The notes under the pieces are model-generated. The model had not been told where the DNA came from. It ran no database searches and was given only the letters and a program-made list of their open reading frames with translations. A stretch of 63,910 nucleotides of DNA, filler included, from Stramenopiles sp. TOSAG23-2 (lineage: Eukaryota): assembly GCA_900128395.1 (NCBI GenBank). It is 3 parts of 3 records of this genome, joined end to end, with 100 filler letters (N's around TTAATTAATTAA, not from the genome) between each part and the next. Parts side by side here need not be neighbours in the genome. Positions count along the whole stretch, not along the records: positions 1 to 23,359 come from LT649489.1; 2 more parts are not named here. One strand, given 5' to 3'. Each line of letters opens with the position of its first letter. The first letter of the stretch is position 1. Both the position numbers and the translations under genes were made by a program. Below, piece by piece: positions 12,346-23,459 of this stretch.

Positions 12346-12627
12346 TTTTGCAGAAAAAAAATTATAATTATTAATATAAAATAGACTAGAAAATTACTTA
12401 AGTTTAAAGGTAAAAGATTGTCACTTTACCGTTGATGATGATTGTGTATATATATATATATATACATTGATAGATGATATGGTCTAAAAATATATCTAAA
12501 AACATAGATCTATATATAAATTTTGTATTTCTTTCCATTCATTATTTCTTACTATACATAGATACTACTACATACTATGTGCTACTACTATCTGTGAGCG
12601 TCGTGTGTTCCGACTAATGTTACTATC

Positions 12628-14024
12628 ATGCTATTACCAAAAATAACCCTACTTGATAACATGAAAATGGAAAAACAGCACGGCTTAAGCTGCCTAAGGT
12701 ACTCCAGAGGTAAACATTTTTCTTCTGATTTCTGTTAGCAGGCTGCCGTTGAAAGCCACAGCTCCACAATTAGCAGCAACAACACTTGGATTGAACCCAG
12801 TGTATAACAAATATCCTACAGTGACTGCAGCAATTGCACAATCGTTCCCAATTGATGGTACAGCCACATCCTATGTCAACGTTTCTTTTTGAACTGATGG
12901 TATCAAATAAAATTCTTTGCCTAAATTTTACAGTGTTTTAATTTTTTCATTATCCAAAGTTCTCTTCAATACCTGCATGCATTCTGCAATGGTCATACAT
13001 GTGTGTTTGTACAAGCCAAATGCGGTTATTGCTTTAACAGCAAAGACGAGCGGATCAAGGCAGAAGCCAACTGGAATAGCATCAGCTACTGAAATCTACA
13101 GCAACAATGCATATGACAACTTACATTTGGAAAACCTAAGAAAGGTATTGAATATAAAACTCTATGTACCTACTGCTGAGAGAAAAAAGTGGATGGGAAC
13201 AACAAATATTCCAATAGAAACAATTGATAATGAGCTTGAAATACATGAAATCAGACAATGTATGATGAAGGATAATTTGTTGTTCAATTACCAGGTAGAA
13301 ATGTCTGCAGATGGGTTATGGAAAAATTTAAACTCTTGAAAACACCGGAAAAATTTTGGAAATTTTGGAAAAAATTTTGTAAAAGCATTGATATTCCCTG
13401 GAGAACAAGTGATGTTGCTCATCGTTTGGGCTTTATTGGGTTCTGTGAATCATTTGGCTACATAGTTTACAACTTAAGTTGCAACCAAAAGCTGCGCCCG
13501 GATTGGTACAAGAATGGCAGTATAGCACCGTGGTACAATAAGCAGAACGAGAAGTTTTTACAAAAGTCAAAGATGGGAAAGTGTTTTTTTAGCTCTTTAA
13601 ATTCTAAATATTTTAAGTAATCTTATGTTCATAAACTCTAATCTTGTGAACAATATGCGTACGGCAAATAGGACAAGCACTTACTTTTTGAATACATTCT
13701 TTGTAATATATTTGTATTTATAGAAGAAAGAAAATGTCAGAAGAAATGGAAATAGAAATGGAAATGGAAATGGAAAAAGAAATACAAAAGGTATTTGATG
13801 GTATTAAAAAGATTGTAATGGTTACCCAAATGGAACCAGTGTATCGTTTGATTTGGCTACATGGCCTTGAGAAAATAAAAACGAGTGAGTTTGGTCAAAA
13901 AGAAATGACTCAGGCCCGTATGGGCATGTATGGAAATGAAGTATATGCGCCAGATATGGGACTTTTTAAAAAAGTGTCCAAATCAGAGTATAATGTCATG
14001 GGATACCTTGCCAGCTTGCACTAG
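12628..14024 (+). pseudogene. Fragmented coding-like island of unknown origin
   Basis: Consecutive same-strand ORF pieces (12917-13339, 13318-13620, 13734-14024) with protein-like composition and higher GC than the flanks. No recognisable motif. Confidence 0.3.
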
Positions 14025-14666
14025 AGCTAGCGGGCTAGCTGGCTAGCTCGAACTATAGCATGGAGATAGCATTATCAACTCCTACGGGAGATCATGTATA
14101 CTACCAAGTACAATTTCTCGGAAGGTGAAGTGGTTTGGTTGGCTCAGAAAAGGGAGGACGGTTATTTTTTAGAAGGAAGAAATCTGGAAATCCGATTCAA
14201 AAAAATCAACAGTAACCACGGCACGATAGCATGTAAATAGCATTATTCGAATAAGGTGAAATATGGCGGAAGAGAAAAGACCTTTCTTCGATTGAGTCAC
14301 AATGCTATTCCCATATTATGTGCTGTGGTCAACGCGTAAGTCTACCACGAATTCCCACTGGAAACCAGTTCTCAAAACCAAATTTTGTTGGTCGATTTTT
14401 GAAAATAACAGGTCAATACCATTGGAAAAGATTTGATTTCGTGCGTAGTCATGAAAATGGATATGCTCGAACATAGAACATACGTAGAATTAGATATGTT
14501 GAACTGTGGGGAGAACGAAGAGACAACAACGTATATAGATCAAAACAACAACAAAAATAATTTCAGTGTAGAACAGCACGTAGATTTATAAATAATAATA
14601 TTCGTTTATCATACCCGTTGTAAAACTTTGAAAGTTTAATTGTCATATATATATATATATTTCAAT

Positions 14667-16166
14667 ATGTTGATGAAAACAACTGGTAAAATGTCTGGTC
14701 ATGGCAGTGGAAAAGCTATCAACGGTAGGTGGACAAGAGAGGAACATGAATTGTTTTTAAAAGCATTAAATGAATATGGTAGAGAATGGAAGAAAGTGGC
14801 GAAGAAAATCAAGACTAGATCATCTGCACAAATTCGTAGCCATGCACAGAAATATTTTCAAAAACTATCAAAAGAGAGAAAAGCTGGTTTACACGGCGGT
14901 GCTGCTGCTTTACATGGTTCTCACGTAGTTCTAGATAAAAGTAATAAGAAAAAAGCATCTAATACGGGAGATAAGACTTTGATAAAGAAGAAACGAAAAA
15001 TGAAAGGAAAGAGCTTGAATGCTGCATATTCGAAGAAGCAAAAGCAAAGGCCGGTATCGCCAAACTTTGTATCAAAACCTGTTAATACATATGGAGGAGG
15101 AAGATTTTCACCTGTACAAAAAACACGAGCAAGTCCAAAAGTTATGGATGCTTCTTTGTCCTTACACTCAGCATATGGTGATGCGACTGCTATTATATCA
15201 TCTCCATCGCGAACGTCAACCTCTTCATTCACATCACCTTTCGTGACACGAAACTTTGTACAAACAATAGCAACTAAAAAGAAACTAGTTCAATCATGGG
15301 AGCAGAAACTTCGAACGTTACTAAGTAAACGGAAAAAAGTATCTGGTTTTACAAAAGGCGCTAATTTAGGGATGACGGCCAACACAACAATAAACGTGTT
15401 TCCAACTAGTACAACAGGAGTTGCACCACATGATGATTTAGTCGTGACACCACGTTTATCGCCTTTGAACATACCAGAAAACGAACGTGAAGTATCACGT
15501 ATACGCGAACGTTTAAATCGACGAGATGAGTTAATCAAAGTCGATAAAAAAATTATAGATGTCATTGATTCAGCATGTACTGCACCATGTATTTGTGGAG
15601 AACCAAAATTAATTTTTCATTGTAGAAATCAACAAGAGAAAGAAGTAGGAAATGGTAACAGTTACATATGTTTAACTGTTCGTCAAAAGATGTTGAATAT
15701 ATTTCAACGCTCGTATGAGAAAAATGGGCAATATTCAACACCACAAAGCACGGTTCTTTTAAAAGATTGGAAGAGAATCAATTTAGAAGTTGCTAATGCA
15801 AAAGCGGCAGAGTTAAGTTATCAAAATGCAGAAATGTTATATATGGCCTTATCACCAATTGCACGTGAAAATTTGAGTATATTAGATAATGAAGAATTGT
15901 CAGCTGTGCAAGTTTTAATTGGGAGCATGATGGGTATTCGACCGAGGAAAACGAAAGGTGGTAAAAAGAAGACACAACAACTTTCCATTACAACAACTAC
16001 TACAACAAAAACGACTATTAATTATGATGATGATGAGGAAGAAGATGATGCAAGTGAATCAGAATCGGATGAAGAAGAAGAATCCAGTTCGGAGGAGGAA
16101 GATACAGATGATGATGATGATTCTGAATCTGAATCAGATGATAGTGAAAGTGACGAGGAAGAATAA
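14667..16166 (+). CDS. SHAQKYF-class single-repeat MYB transcription factor with an acidic tail
   Basis: GRWTREEHELFLKALNEYGREWKKVA...TRSSAQIRSHAQKYF. Confidence 0.93.
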   Translation: MLMKTTGKMSGHGSGKAINGRWTREEHELFLKALNEYGREWKKVAKKIKTRSSAQIRSHAQKYFQKLSKERKAGLHGGAAALHGSHVVLDKSNKKKASNTGDKTLIKKKRKMKGKSLNAAYSKKQKQRPVSPNFVSKPVNTYGGGRFSPVQKTRASPKVMDASLSLHSAYGDATAIISSPSRTSTSSFTSPFVTRNFVQTIATKKKLVQSWEQKLRTLLSKRKKVSGFTKGANLGMTANTTINVFPTSTTGVAPHDDLVVTPRLSPLNIPENEREVSRIRERLNRRDELIKVDKKIIDVIDSACTAPCICGEPKLIFHCRNQQEKEVGNGNSYICLTVRQKMLNIFQRSYEKNGQYSTPQSTVLLKDWKRINLEVANAKAAELSYQNAEMLYMALSPIARENLSILDNEELSAVQVLIGSMMGIRPRKTKGGKKKTQQLSITTTTTTKTTINYDDDEEEDDASESESDEEEESSSEEEDTDDDDDSESESDDSESDEEE

Positions 16167-16766
16167 GTCACGCAATTTTATAGAGAAACATAGACGTACG
16201 TATGTATATACATACATACATTCAATGTTATTAATGTGTACAAAAACAGAAAGTTAGAGAAATAATAGCATGCCAAATATATGCGTGCCATGTACATAAT
16301 ATTTAAAATTTTCAAAAAAAAAAAAAAAGAAACAAAAAAATTACAAAAAAAAAAGTAAAAATTACACAAAATATACGTGTGTCGAAGAGAGAGATGTGGA
16401 ACATAGGGGAACATAATCTCTTTTGTTGTGATTTAGAGTGTATGATAATAAAAGAAACAGAGCAACAAGGTATAAAATATTTAAAATATTGTTTAATTAT
16501 TTAATATTATATTTTTATTTAAAATTATTATGATGCACAAATATAAAAAGAATGCGTTTGGTTCGTTGTTGCGTGTGTACTCTCCACATATGTCTACTCG
16601 TACTTTACCTCTTCTTTTAATTTATACGCGTTTTTATTTATTTATTAAATAAGCAGTTATGCATTAATTAAATATCATATATTTTAAATAAGCAGAGATA
16701 TGCATATCTCATATATATATATATTCATTTAAAATAATATATATGATGTATATATATCATACAACA

Positions 16767-19211
16767 CTACAAACCCTCAGGAAATTGATTCACAACTACC
16801 ATTTCTGTAATATTATTCCCACCGACACTAAATTGAACTTTACATTTCATTGCAATCTTCTTTTTACCTTGTGCAGCATTAATTAAATTCAATACTTGCG
16901 TTGCATTACCACCCATAGAAACGACGGTACTACTTGCTGGCTGAATATTTAATTTTAAAAATTTAGGGACAGCAACTTGAAAAGATAAATTTGAAATATC
17001 TCCACTATTGCTTTCATTATAAAAGGTCGCAGTCACACGTGTTTGCTCTGGCGAACCTGGCTTATCAAAAGAAAAATTTATACGCAATCCATTTTTTTGG
17101 AATGCTGTTATATCTGGGAATGATGGTGAGCTATTATCGCCCCCAAAAAGTCCTAAGATATTATCATTCGAATTGTTATTTTGTGGAGCTGGTGGATTGT
17201 TGCCACCTCCACCACCAAAGATATCTAGTATATCGTTATTGTTACTATTGTTATTATTGTTGTTACTATTGTTGCCATTTGCTTGTTGCTGACCACCACC
17301 ACCACCAGAGCCAAAAATATCAGCTAAATCTAATAAATCATCACTGTCACTACCATTTTCTCCACCATTTTGATCAGCAATGATGTTTTCCTCCTTGCTT
17401 TTGTTACCGTTGCTTTGGACACTTTCTAATCGGCTGCGCTGTTGTTGCTTCGTTTGATCAGGAACTGGCATTGGTTTCAACGTATTTGGCCTTACACTTT
17501 CCATCTGAGGTTTCAATAAATTGGAATATTCACATGAACGTGCTTGAAGCTCCATGTTCATTGATGTGGAATACATACCAACAATCTTTTTCAATGCTTG
17601 TATTGTATCCCCACTTGAAAACCTAGTCGTTAATTTCAAACTGGCACTAAGAATATACGATTTGGTTAATAATGTTGAATTATGCAATTTCAACAATTTA
17701 TTAAACATTTGAACAATCTCGTCTTCTATTTCATCTTGGGATTTTCCATCCATTTCCACTTTGTCACCATATTCACCTAGGCACCATATGGCAGCATGAT
17801 TCAAGCCAATTTGGGATTGGTCCTCGTCCAATGCAGCATATAATTTAGTGACACCATACTGTTTGTATTCATCATCCTGGCCAATCAAGGAAATTGTTTG
17901 CGAGACAATATCATCCCCACACGTGTTTCCTGCTAATTGCAACATGGAAATCATTGTATCAATATGCCATGCACGATCTGGACTGAAATCATTCACCACG
18001 GATGCAGTACGTTGACATAAATCAGCTTTTACATCATCATCTGCAACAACTAAATAATTTAACATTTCACGTGCCAATGCTTTGACATTTTTCGAATTTA
18101 CCAATGCATACAGTAATTCCAATGCACGACGACGTATGGAAACATCTGGATCTTTTAAACAATCCACAATAGTTGAACGATGGCGTTGTACTGCATCCAT
18201 GTCACTTTTCACAACACGTGCTAACATGGTCAATGCAATATATCGTGTATTATTATCACGATGTAATAAGAATCGTCCTAATATATTAATTGCAAGTACT
18301 TTCAAACCACTTTCACTTTCAATTTCCATGATAGTATTTACGCATGCATATAAAATCGCATTTCCAGCATTTTTATTTGATTCCGTATTGGTAGCTACTT
18401 GTGCCAATACATCATTCATTTCATCCGATGCATCCTCATCCCCATTACCAAGTACAGCTAGGATTTTCAATAAGCGTACTTGTAAAAATGGATCTGTAAT
18501 GCCACCGACATCATGTTCCGGGGAGAAATTATTCACCACTAAATTTTTTAACACACGTACAAGTGTTGGCACTAATCTACGGAATGTGTCAACCATTGAT
18601 GGATCTTCCTCCATAGCCGTTTGCAACAAAGTTGCGCCGGTTAATAATACCGCATGGTTACGATCTGACATCAAGCTTGCTATACGATCAACACAATCTT
18701 CGATTAAATCTGGTACTTTTTGCAATATACGAACACATGCTAACGCTGCTTTTTTTCGAATATATGAATTCGAGTTTCTCATAGCTTTGTCAACCTCTGG
18801 GAACAAATCGCGACACATATCTTCGCTAGCGATGTTGCCAATTGCAGTCAATGCTAAACCAACAACATATTGATTTTTATCAATAACATCGTTTTTTACA
18901 CTATTTGTTACCAACATAAGTGTCTCCTCCGTCTCCGTCATTAAAAGCATTAAACCTAAATATCCAATTCTTTTTTCAGAAAATTTTGAACCAGCGATTA
19001 ATTTTAAACATTCCATTTGACCAAAGTGTGATGGATAACCAAGCATATGTATGAACAACAACTTGGCTACATTCCTATGTCTTAAATTTGATTTTTCATC
19101 TTTAAACGCTGTACGTATTAATGCACATTCTTTTGTAATTGTAGCCCTTTCCTCCGACATTGTTTTACAGGCTCTTACATTACGTATCAATTCACGTAAT
19201 TGTATACTCAT
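16767..19211 (-). CDS. AP1G1: AP-1 adaptor complex gamma subunit
   Basis: LRELIRNVRACKT..EER, HMLGYPSHFGQMECLKL and EHDVGGITDPFLQV, a hinge with DLLDL, and a C-terminal ear (FQVAVPK). Confidence 0.97.
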   Translation of the reverse strand: MSIQLRELIRNVRACKTMSEERATITKECALIRTAFKDEKSNLRHRNVAKLLFIHMLGYPSHFGQMECLKLIAGSKFSEKRIGYLGLMLLMTETEETLMLVTNSVKNDVIDKNQYVVGLALTAIGNIASEDMCRDLFPEVDKAMRNSNSYIRKKAALACVRILQKVPDLIEDCVDRIASLMSDRNHAVLLTGATLLQTAMEEDPSMVDTFRRLVPTLVRVLKNLVVNNFSPEHDVGGITDPFLQVRLLKILAVLGNGDEDASDEMNDVLAQVATNTESNKNAGNAILYACVNTIMEIESESGLKVLAINILGRFLLHRDNNTRYIALTMLARVVKSDMDAVQRHRSTIVDCLKDPDVSIRRRALELLYALVNSKNVKALAREMLNYLVVADDDVKADLCQRTASVVNDFSPDRAWHIDTMISMLQLAGNTCGDDIVSQTISLIGQDDEYKQYGVTKLYAALDEDQSQIGLNHAAIWCLGEYGDKVEMDGKSQDEIEDEIVQMFNKLLKLHNSTLLTKSYILSASLKLTTRFSSGDTIQALKKIVGMYSTSMNMELQARSCEYSNLLKPQMESVRPNTLKPMPVPDQTKQQQRSRLESVQSNGNKSKEENIIADQNGGENGSDSDDLLDLADIFGSGGGGGQQQANGNNSNNNNNNSNNNDILDIFGGGGGNNPPAPQNNNSNDNILGLFGGDNSSPSFPDITAFQKNGLRINFSFDKPGSPEQTRVTATFYNESNSGDISNLSFQVAVPKFLKLNIQPASSTVVSMGGNATQVLNLINAAQGKKKIAMKCKVQFSVGGNNITEMVVVNQFPEGL

Positions 19212-19971
19212 CTTGGTATGTATTTATATTTGTATGCGCCAAATTTCACTCGCTCGCTCTCTTCTAATATATTCTTACGTCTGGATGATGATCACGTATA
19301 TATACCACCAATATTATTTAATGTAATACTCTTGTTCCACCCTTATATCATCTCCAATCACCTATTATATATATTCATAATATGTATATATTTTGGATCC
19401 ATTCATTATTTTTATTAATAAATTGATGATGAAGAAGAATGACAATTATTATTTTATTTTGGGAGGAGGGTTATATCAATGCTGTATAGTGTTAATAGGA
19501 TATATTGCAAAAACTATCCCTACATTTCAAAGTATATCTTATTGTATATGTATATTATTTATATAATGCAAACTCGGTAATTTTTATAATATATAATTTC
19601 ATATAAATAGTAATAGTAGTGATATCTAGTTGAATGCACCTACATTTGCACCTAAATGCACCTACATTGATTTCCATTTATTTTTTCTGGAAATGTCTTA
19701 TCCCTATATGATTTTGAATATTCTCTACCCGGTATAGTACAACAAATAGGAGGATTGTCATCATTGTTTTTTTGGCCAAGCAAGAAAGGCAAAAGCAAGC
19801 TGGCAAGCAGTTTTGGAGACCAAGAAAACCATTAATAGGATATATAGATTGATGAGAGAGAGAGAGATCATCATATACATCACATATATATTACAAAATA
19901 GTTTATACATTATTTATTTTTATATTTTTGATCGTACATAATATATAACATATATATATATATATATAAGA

Positions 19972-20328
19972 ATGTTCCGAAATTTATTGACATCAGCACA
20001 AAGAGTTGCAACCAAACAACGTGCTACCATGGGAAGAACGGTACAAAAACGTAATATGGGAGTTGCAAAAAAATTGCCACCTAACAGAGTAGCTGACGAA
20101 GCAAACTTAATGAAACAGTGGGGACAAGATCCAGGTACATACCCAATCATTGTTGTAATTGGCTTTGCATTGTGTGTTATGGTTTTCGAATGGGGCCATG
20201 GTTTAAATGCACCATCTGTACACATTGGCAAAGGCGATCGTGGAACTTTGGATTATTGTGAAAATGACAGAGATGCAGCATCTGCAAAAGCTTGGGCTTC
20301 ACACAGACGCGATAGTCATTTCAAGTAA
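19972..20328 (+). CDS. NDUFA4/B12D-like small mitochondrial membrane protein
   Basis: Arg-rich, acid-free presequence followed by QDPGTYPIIVVIGFAL and a single TM segment. Confidence 0.7.
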   Translation: MFRNLLTSAQRVATKQRATMGRTVQKRNMGVAKKLPPNRVADEANLMKQWGQDPGTYPIIVVIGFALCVMVFEWGHGLNAPSVHIGKGDRGTLDYCENDRDAASAKAWASHRRDSHFK

Positions 20329-20877
20329 ATACATACATAATTAATAGATTCGTTTCATAATATTAAGATGATTGTTTTTTTAGACAAAAGCGTCGTATAT
20401 ATATATACACACTTAGTTATTGTAGATATGTATGCAGTCAAGAGATATCATTATGGAGTTTTACTTTTTTATTTAATATTGATACAGAGAGAAACAATAT
20501 TTTGCCTCCTCTGCGTTTATTTATCAATATTTGTCTTACTAAATCCACATAATGTATTATTTAATCTCTAGAACTAAGAGATGTGCATGATCTGTGAGCG
20601 TGTGCGTGATATGATGATTTGATTTTAAAAATATTTTTATACAGAAATAATATAATATTGATCTATATTTTTTAAAATAATAATACCGTACAATTAAACA
20701 AAAGAAAATAGCTAAAAAATCGTCGTGTCAGAGTACACAGATATATTTAACAGATAAACCGGGTCTTTAAAATATTTACAATAAAAGTCCTTTTAAAATA
20801 TATGCATACACTGAGAAGCATAATGAAGTTCGCACGTAACGTTCTCCTTATCATATAAAATACGAATCATGCCATAA

Positions 20878-22668
20878 TTATTTTTGTCTTTTGCTATACA
20901 CCCGTAAAACACAACGTTCATTTATACAGCTCCGTTCCTTCATGGATTTAAACGTATATTTTGCTTCACCGTTTTCCATCGTCATAAATCGTTCAATCAT
21001 ATCTGTTCCACTTTTACTTTCTTGAAATAACTGTCCAGAGACAAATGGCAACAATACAAATGTTCGAAGTATCCCCTTTTCAACCAAACGTAACATTTCA
21101 ACATCAATAGGAAGTTCAAAGGGTATTAAATGTTGCAGCATTTTTTTCGCGCCTTGATAAGATACAATATAACTCACAGAGTTAATGTGTGCACATGGTG
21201 TACCTGTAATATCAACAAATAATCCACCACTAGTATTATAAAATGCATGAATACAATCATGAGGTACACCATGTTGTCGCAGACTTTCCATTCCTACATA
21301 CGGTGAAGATCCAAAATCTGTTACGATTACATCCCAATCATTACCAATTGTATCATATATCGCATTTATCCCTACATTTATATGTTCCTTCGCATTTGGC
21401 AATATAACTGCATCATCTTCTAATACCAACGCATAAGGTAAGCCTAATTTTACAATGTCTCGCCATATAGATATATGACTCAAGGAACAACCAATTGCAC
21501 CTTGATGTATAATCGTATCTCTTGAATCCACTAAAACTTCTTTCAAATCTTCCAAAGGCACCATCATTCCATCTACAGCTGGCATATAATGTATGTATTT
21601 AAAATCCATACCCGCTCGTTTTAATTCACTTTGTATGTACATACGTCGATATGGACTAGACATTAAATTTATTACAAATATATCTAAACGATTATTTGAT
21701 AACATATATTTACCTACAATAGTCATTCCATGTTGTATTTGCTTCACGTCATCCTTTTTTAATGTTTTTCTATCATAATTGTCTTGTTTCTTATAATTTA
21801 AAATTCGTTGGTTTGAATCTTTGACAATGTTATCTAATGTACTCGGGGCGCCTACAGTAGGTTTTAAATTAACAATGTTTTTCTTTTGCATTGCGTTTTC
21901 AAAAATCAATTTGGAACTAGTCTGTCTATTTTTTGCTAATTTGATTTGCGACGATAATAAGTGTAGAAAATGATCTAATGCTGGGGAAGACGATGATGAT
22001 TTAGTGTCGTCATCTTCTTTCTTTTTATTATTATTATTATTATTATTATTTATATTACTAGGATTAGTGTCTGTCAACTGTAAATGTTTTTTCAAAAATG
22101 TTTTTGCTGTATTTTTTATATGATCATCATCATTTTGAAACTGGGTGTAAGGATGCAAAGCCAATGCTGCTGCCCCGTCTATTAACATCGGTGTTACCAC
22201 GTGTGGTTTGTACTGGTTCGCATTATGATTTTCGTATGATTTTTCGTTAGTTAAAGTTGTTAAGGATGATGGGGTTGATATGAACTTTGAAGTATTCAAT
22301 GCTGTACAAGTATCTTTTAAACGCTGCAAAATGGTTAAAAATGTATCTTCTTTATTGCCACGATCGAATTGGTCATGTAATGCTTTGGCTCCCATCGAAG
22401 TTGCAAATGAGTAAATATTTTCGTTTAAAGTATACTCTGGCCACAATGGAATATATGAAGCGATAACGTTATCCAATGCAACTGGTATATAGTATGCTGG
22501 ATACATTGAAGGTATTTTTAAATTATAATAACTCTTAATATAGTCACCGTCATCATTAATGTCAATTGTTTTTTCACTCGGCGTAGCCTCTTCGATCTCT
22601 ACTTGTATCGCGCATAGTAGTAGCATAAACGTGCATGTAATGTAAGATATTATACGATATGAAATCAT
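20878..22668 (-). CDS. Glycosyltransferase family 25 protein with a signal anchor
   Basis: IFVINLMSSPYRR, GAIGCSLSHISIW, ALVLEDDA and SYIVSYQGAKKML...PID. Confidence 0.9.
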   Translation of the reverse strand: MISYRIISYITCTFMLLLCAIQVEIEEATPSEKTIDINDDGDYIKSYYNLKIPSMYPAYYIPVALDNVIASYIPLWPEYTLNENIYSFATSMGAKALHDQFDRGNKEDTFLTILQRLKDTCTALNTSKFISTPSSLTTLTNEKSYENHNANQYKPHVVTPMLIDGAAALALHPYTQFQNDDDHIKNTAKTFLKKHLQLTDTNPSNINNNNNNNNKKKEDDDTKSSSSSPALDHFLHLLSSQIKLAKNRQTSSKLIFENAMQKKNIVNLKPTVGAPSTLDNIVKDSNQRILNYKKQDNYDRKTLKKDDVKQIQHGMTIVGKYMLSNNRLDIFVINLMSSPYRRMYIQSELKRAGMDFKYIHYMPAVDGMMVPLEDLKEVLVDSRDTIIHQGAIGCSLSHISIWRDIVKLGLPYALVLEDDAVILPNAKEHINVGINAIYDTIGNDWDVIVTDFGSSPYVGMESLRQHGVPHDCIHAFYNTSGGLFVDITGTPCAHINSVSYIVSYQGAKKMLQHLIPFELPIDVEMLRLVEKGILRTFVLLPFVSGQLFQESKSGTDMIERFMTMENGEAKYTFKSMKERSCINERCVLRVYSKRQK

Positions 22669-23359
22669 ACTCTTTAAACAATTGTTATTATTTATATTAT
22701 ATATATGATCTTGAAGAAGTTTGTAAAGTGGAATATTTATCCGTGTCTTCTATTACTATATATTATTGGTCTAATTATAAGTGCCAAGTGCCGTGAAAGG
22801 CAAGGACCCCTGCCCTGAATGATGATGAAACGATAGAAATGTCGTTAAAGAAGGAGAAATTTAAGTGCATTTCATTAACACTCGAAGGATAAATTTTGAC
22901 CGGTGTTAATGAAATTGTAGTGTGGCTAGAAGTGCGATATAGCAGGGTGATAAGTTCATTAGGAGTATCCAAAAGGCGGAGATTTGTTTTTTTCTTATGT
23001 GAGAATCGGTTTTTACGGTGATTTGTTTTTTTGTTATGTGAGAATCGGGTTTTTCGGTGGAAGTGTACACCTTTTCTTGACAATAAATGTTTGCTACTAA
23101 TTTTTCTCCTTAACCAAAAAGCGTACAATAAAGGAAATTTATGTGTGTTTTAAGTGACTTTGCATTACGATATCATGAATTTTGCTGTTTCTTGTATTTT
23201 CACTAACAGGTACATAGCAGCCTCCAAAGTAATTTCAACTCTATTGGAAAACACGCCCCTTTTCATTCATTTTTAATGCTATGTCTATGTTAAGACTTTT
23301 TTACGCCGTCACAGCACTATTTTGACGAAAAATTACCTGCTATTGCGGCCTAATTAGTG

Positions 23360-23459
23360 NNNNNNNNNNNNNNNNNNNNNNNNNNNNNNNNNNNNNNNNN
23401 NNNTTAATTAATTAANNNNNNNNNNNNNNNNNNNNNNNNNNNNNNNNNNNNNNNNNNNN
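23360..23459. other. Artificial contig linker
   Basis: 44 N + TTAATTAATTAA (stops in all six frames) + 44 N. Confidence 0.98.

Noticed and set aside
18082-18873. Long antisense ORFs opposite real genes (also 24823-25473, 39076-39708, 42193-44622)
   Set aside because: Shadows produced by codon bias and repeats; no protein-like features.
23360-23459. TTAATTAATTAA palindrome flanked by Ns (also 46771-46870)
   Set aside because: Standard six-frame-stop concatenation linker, not biological.
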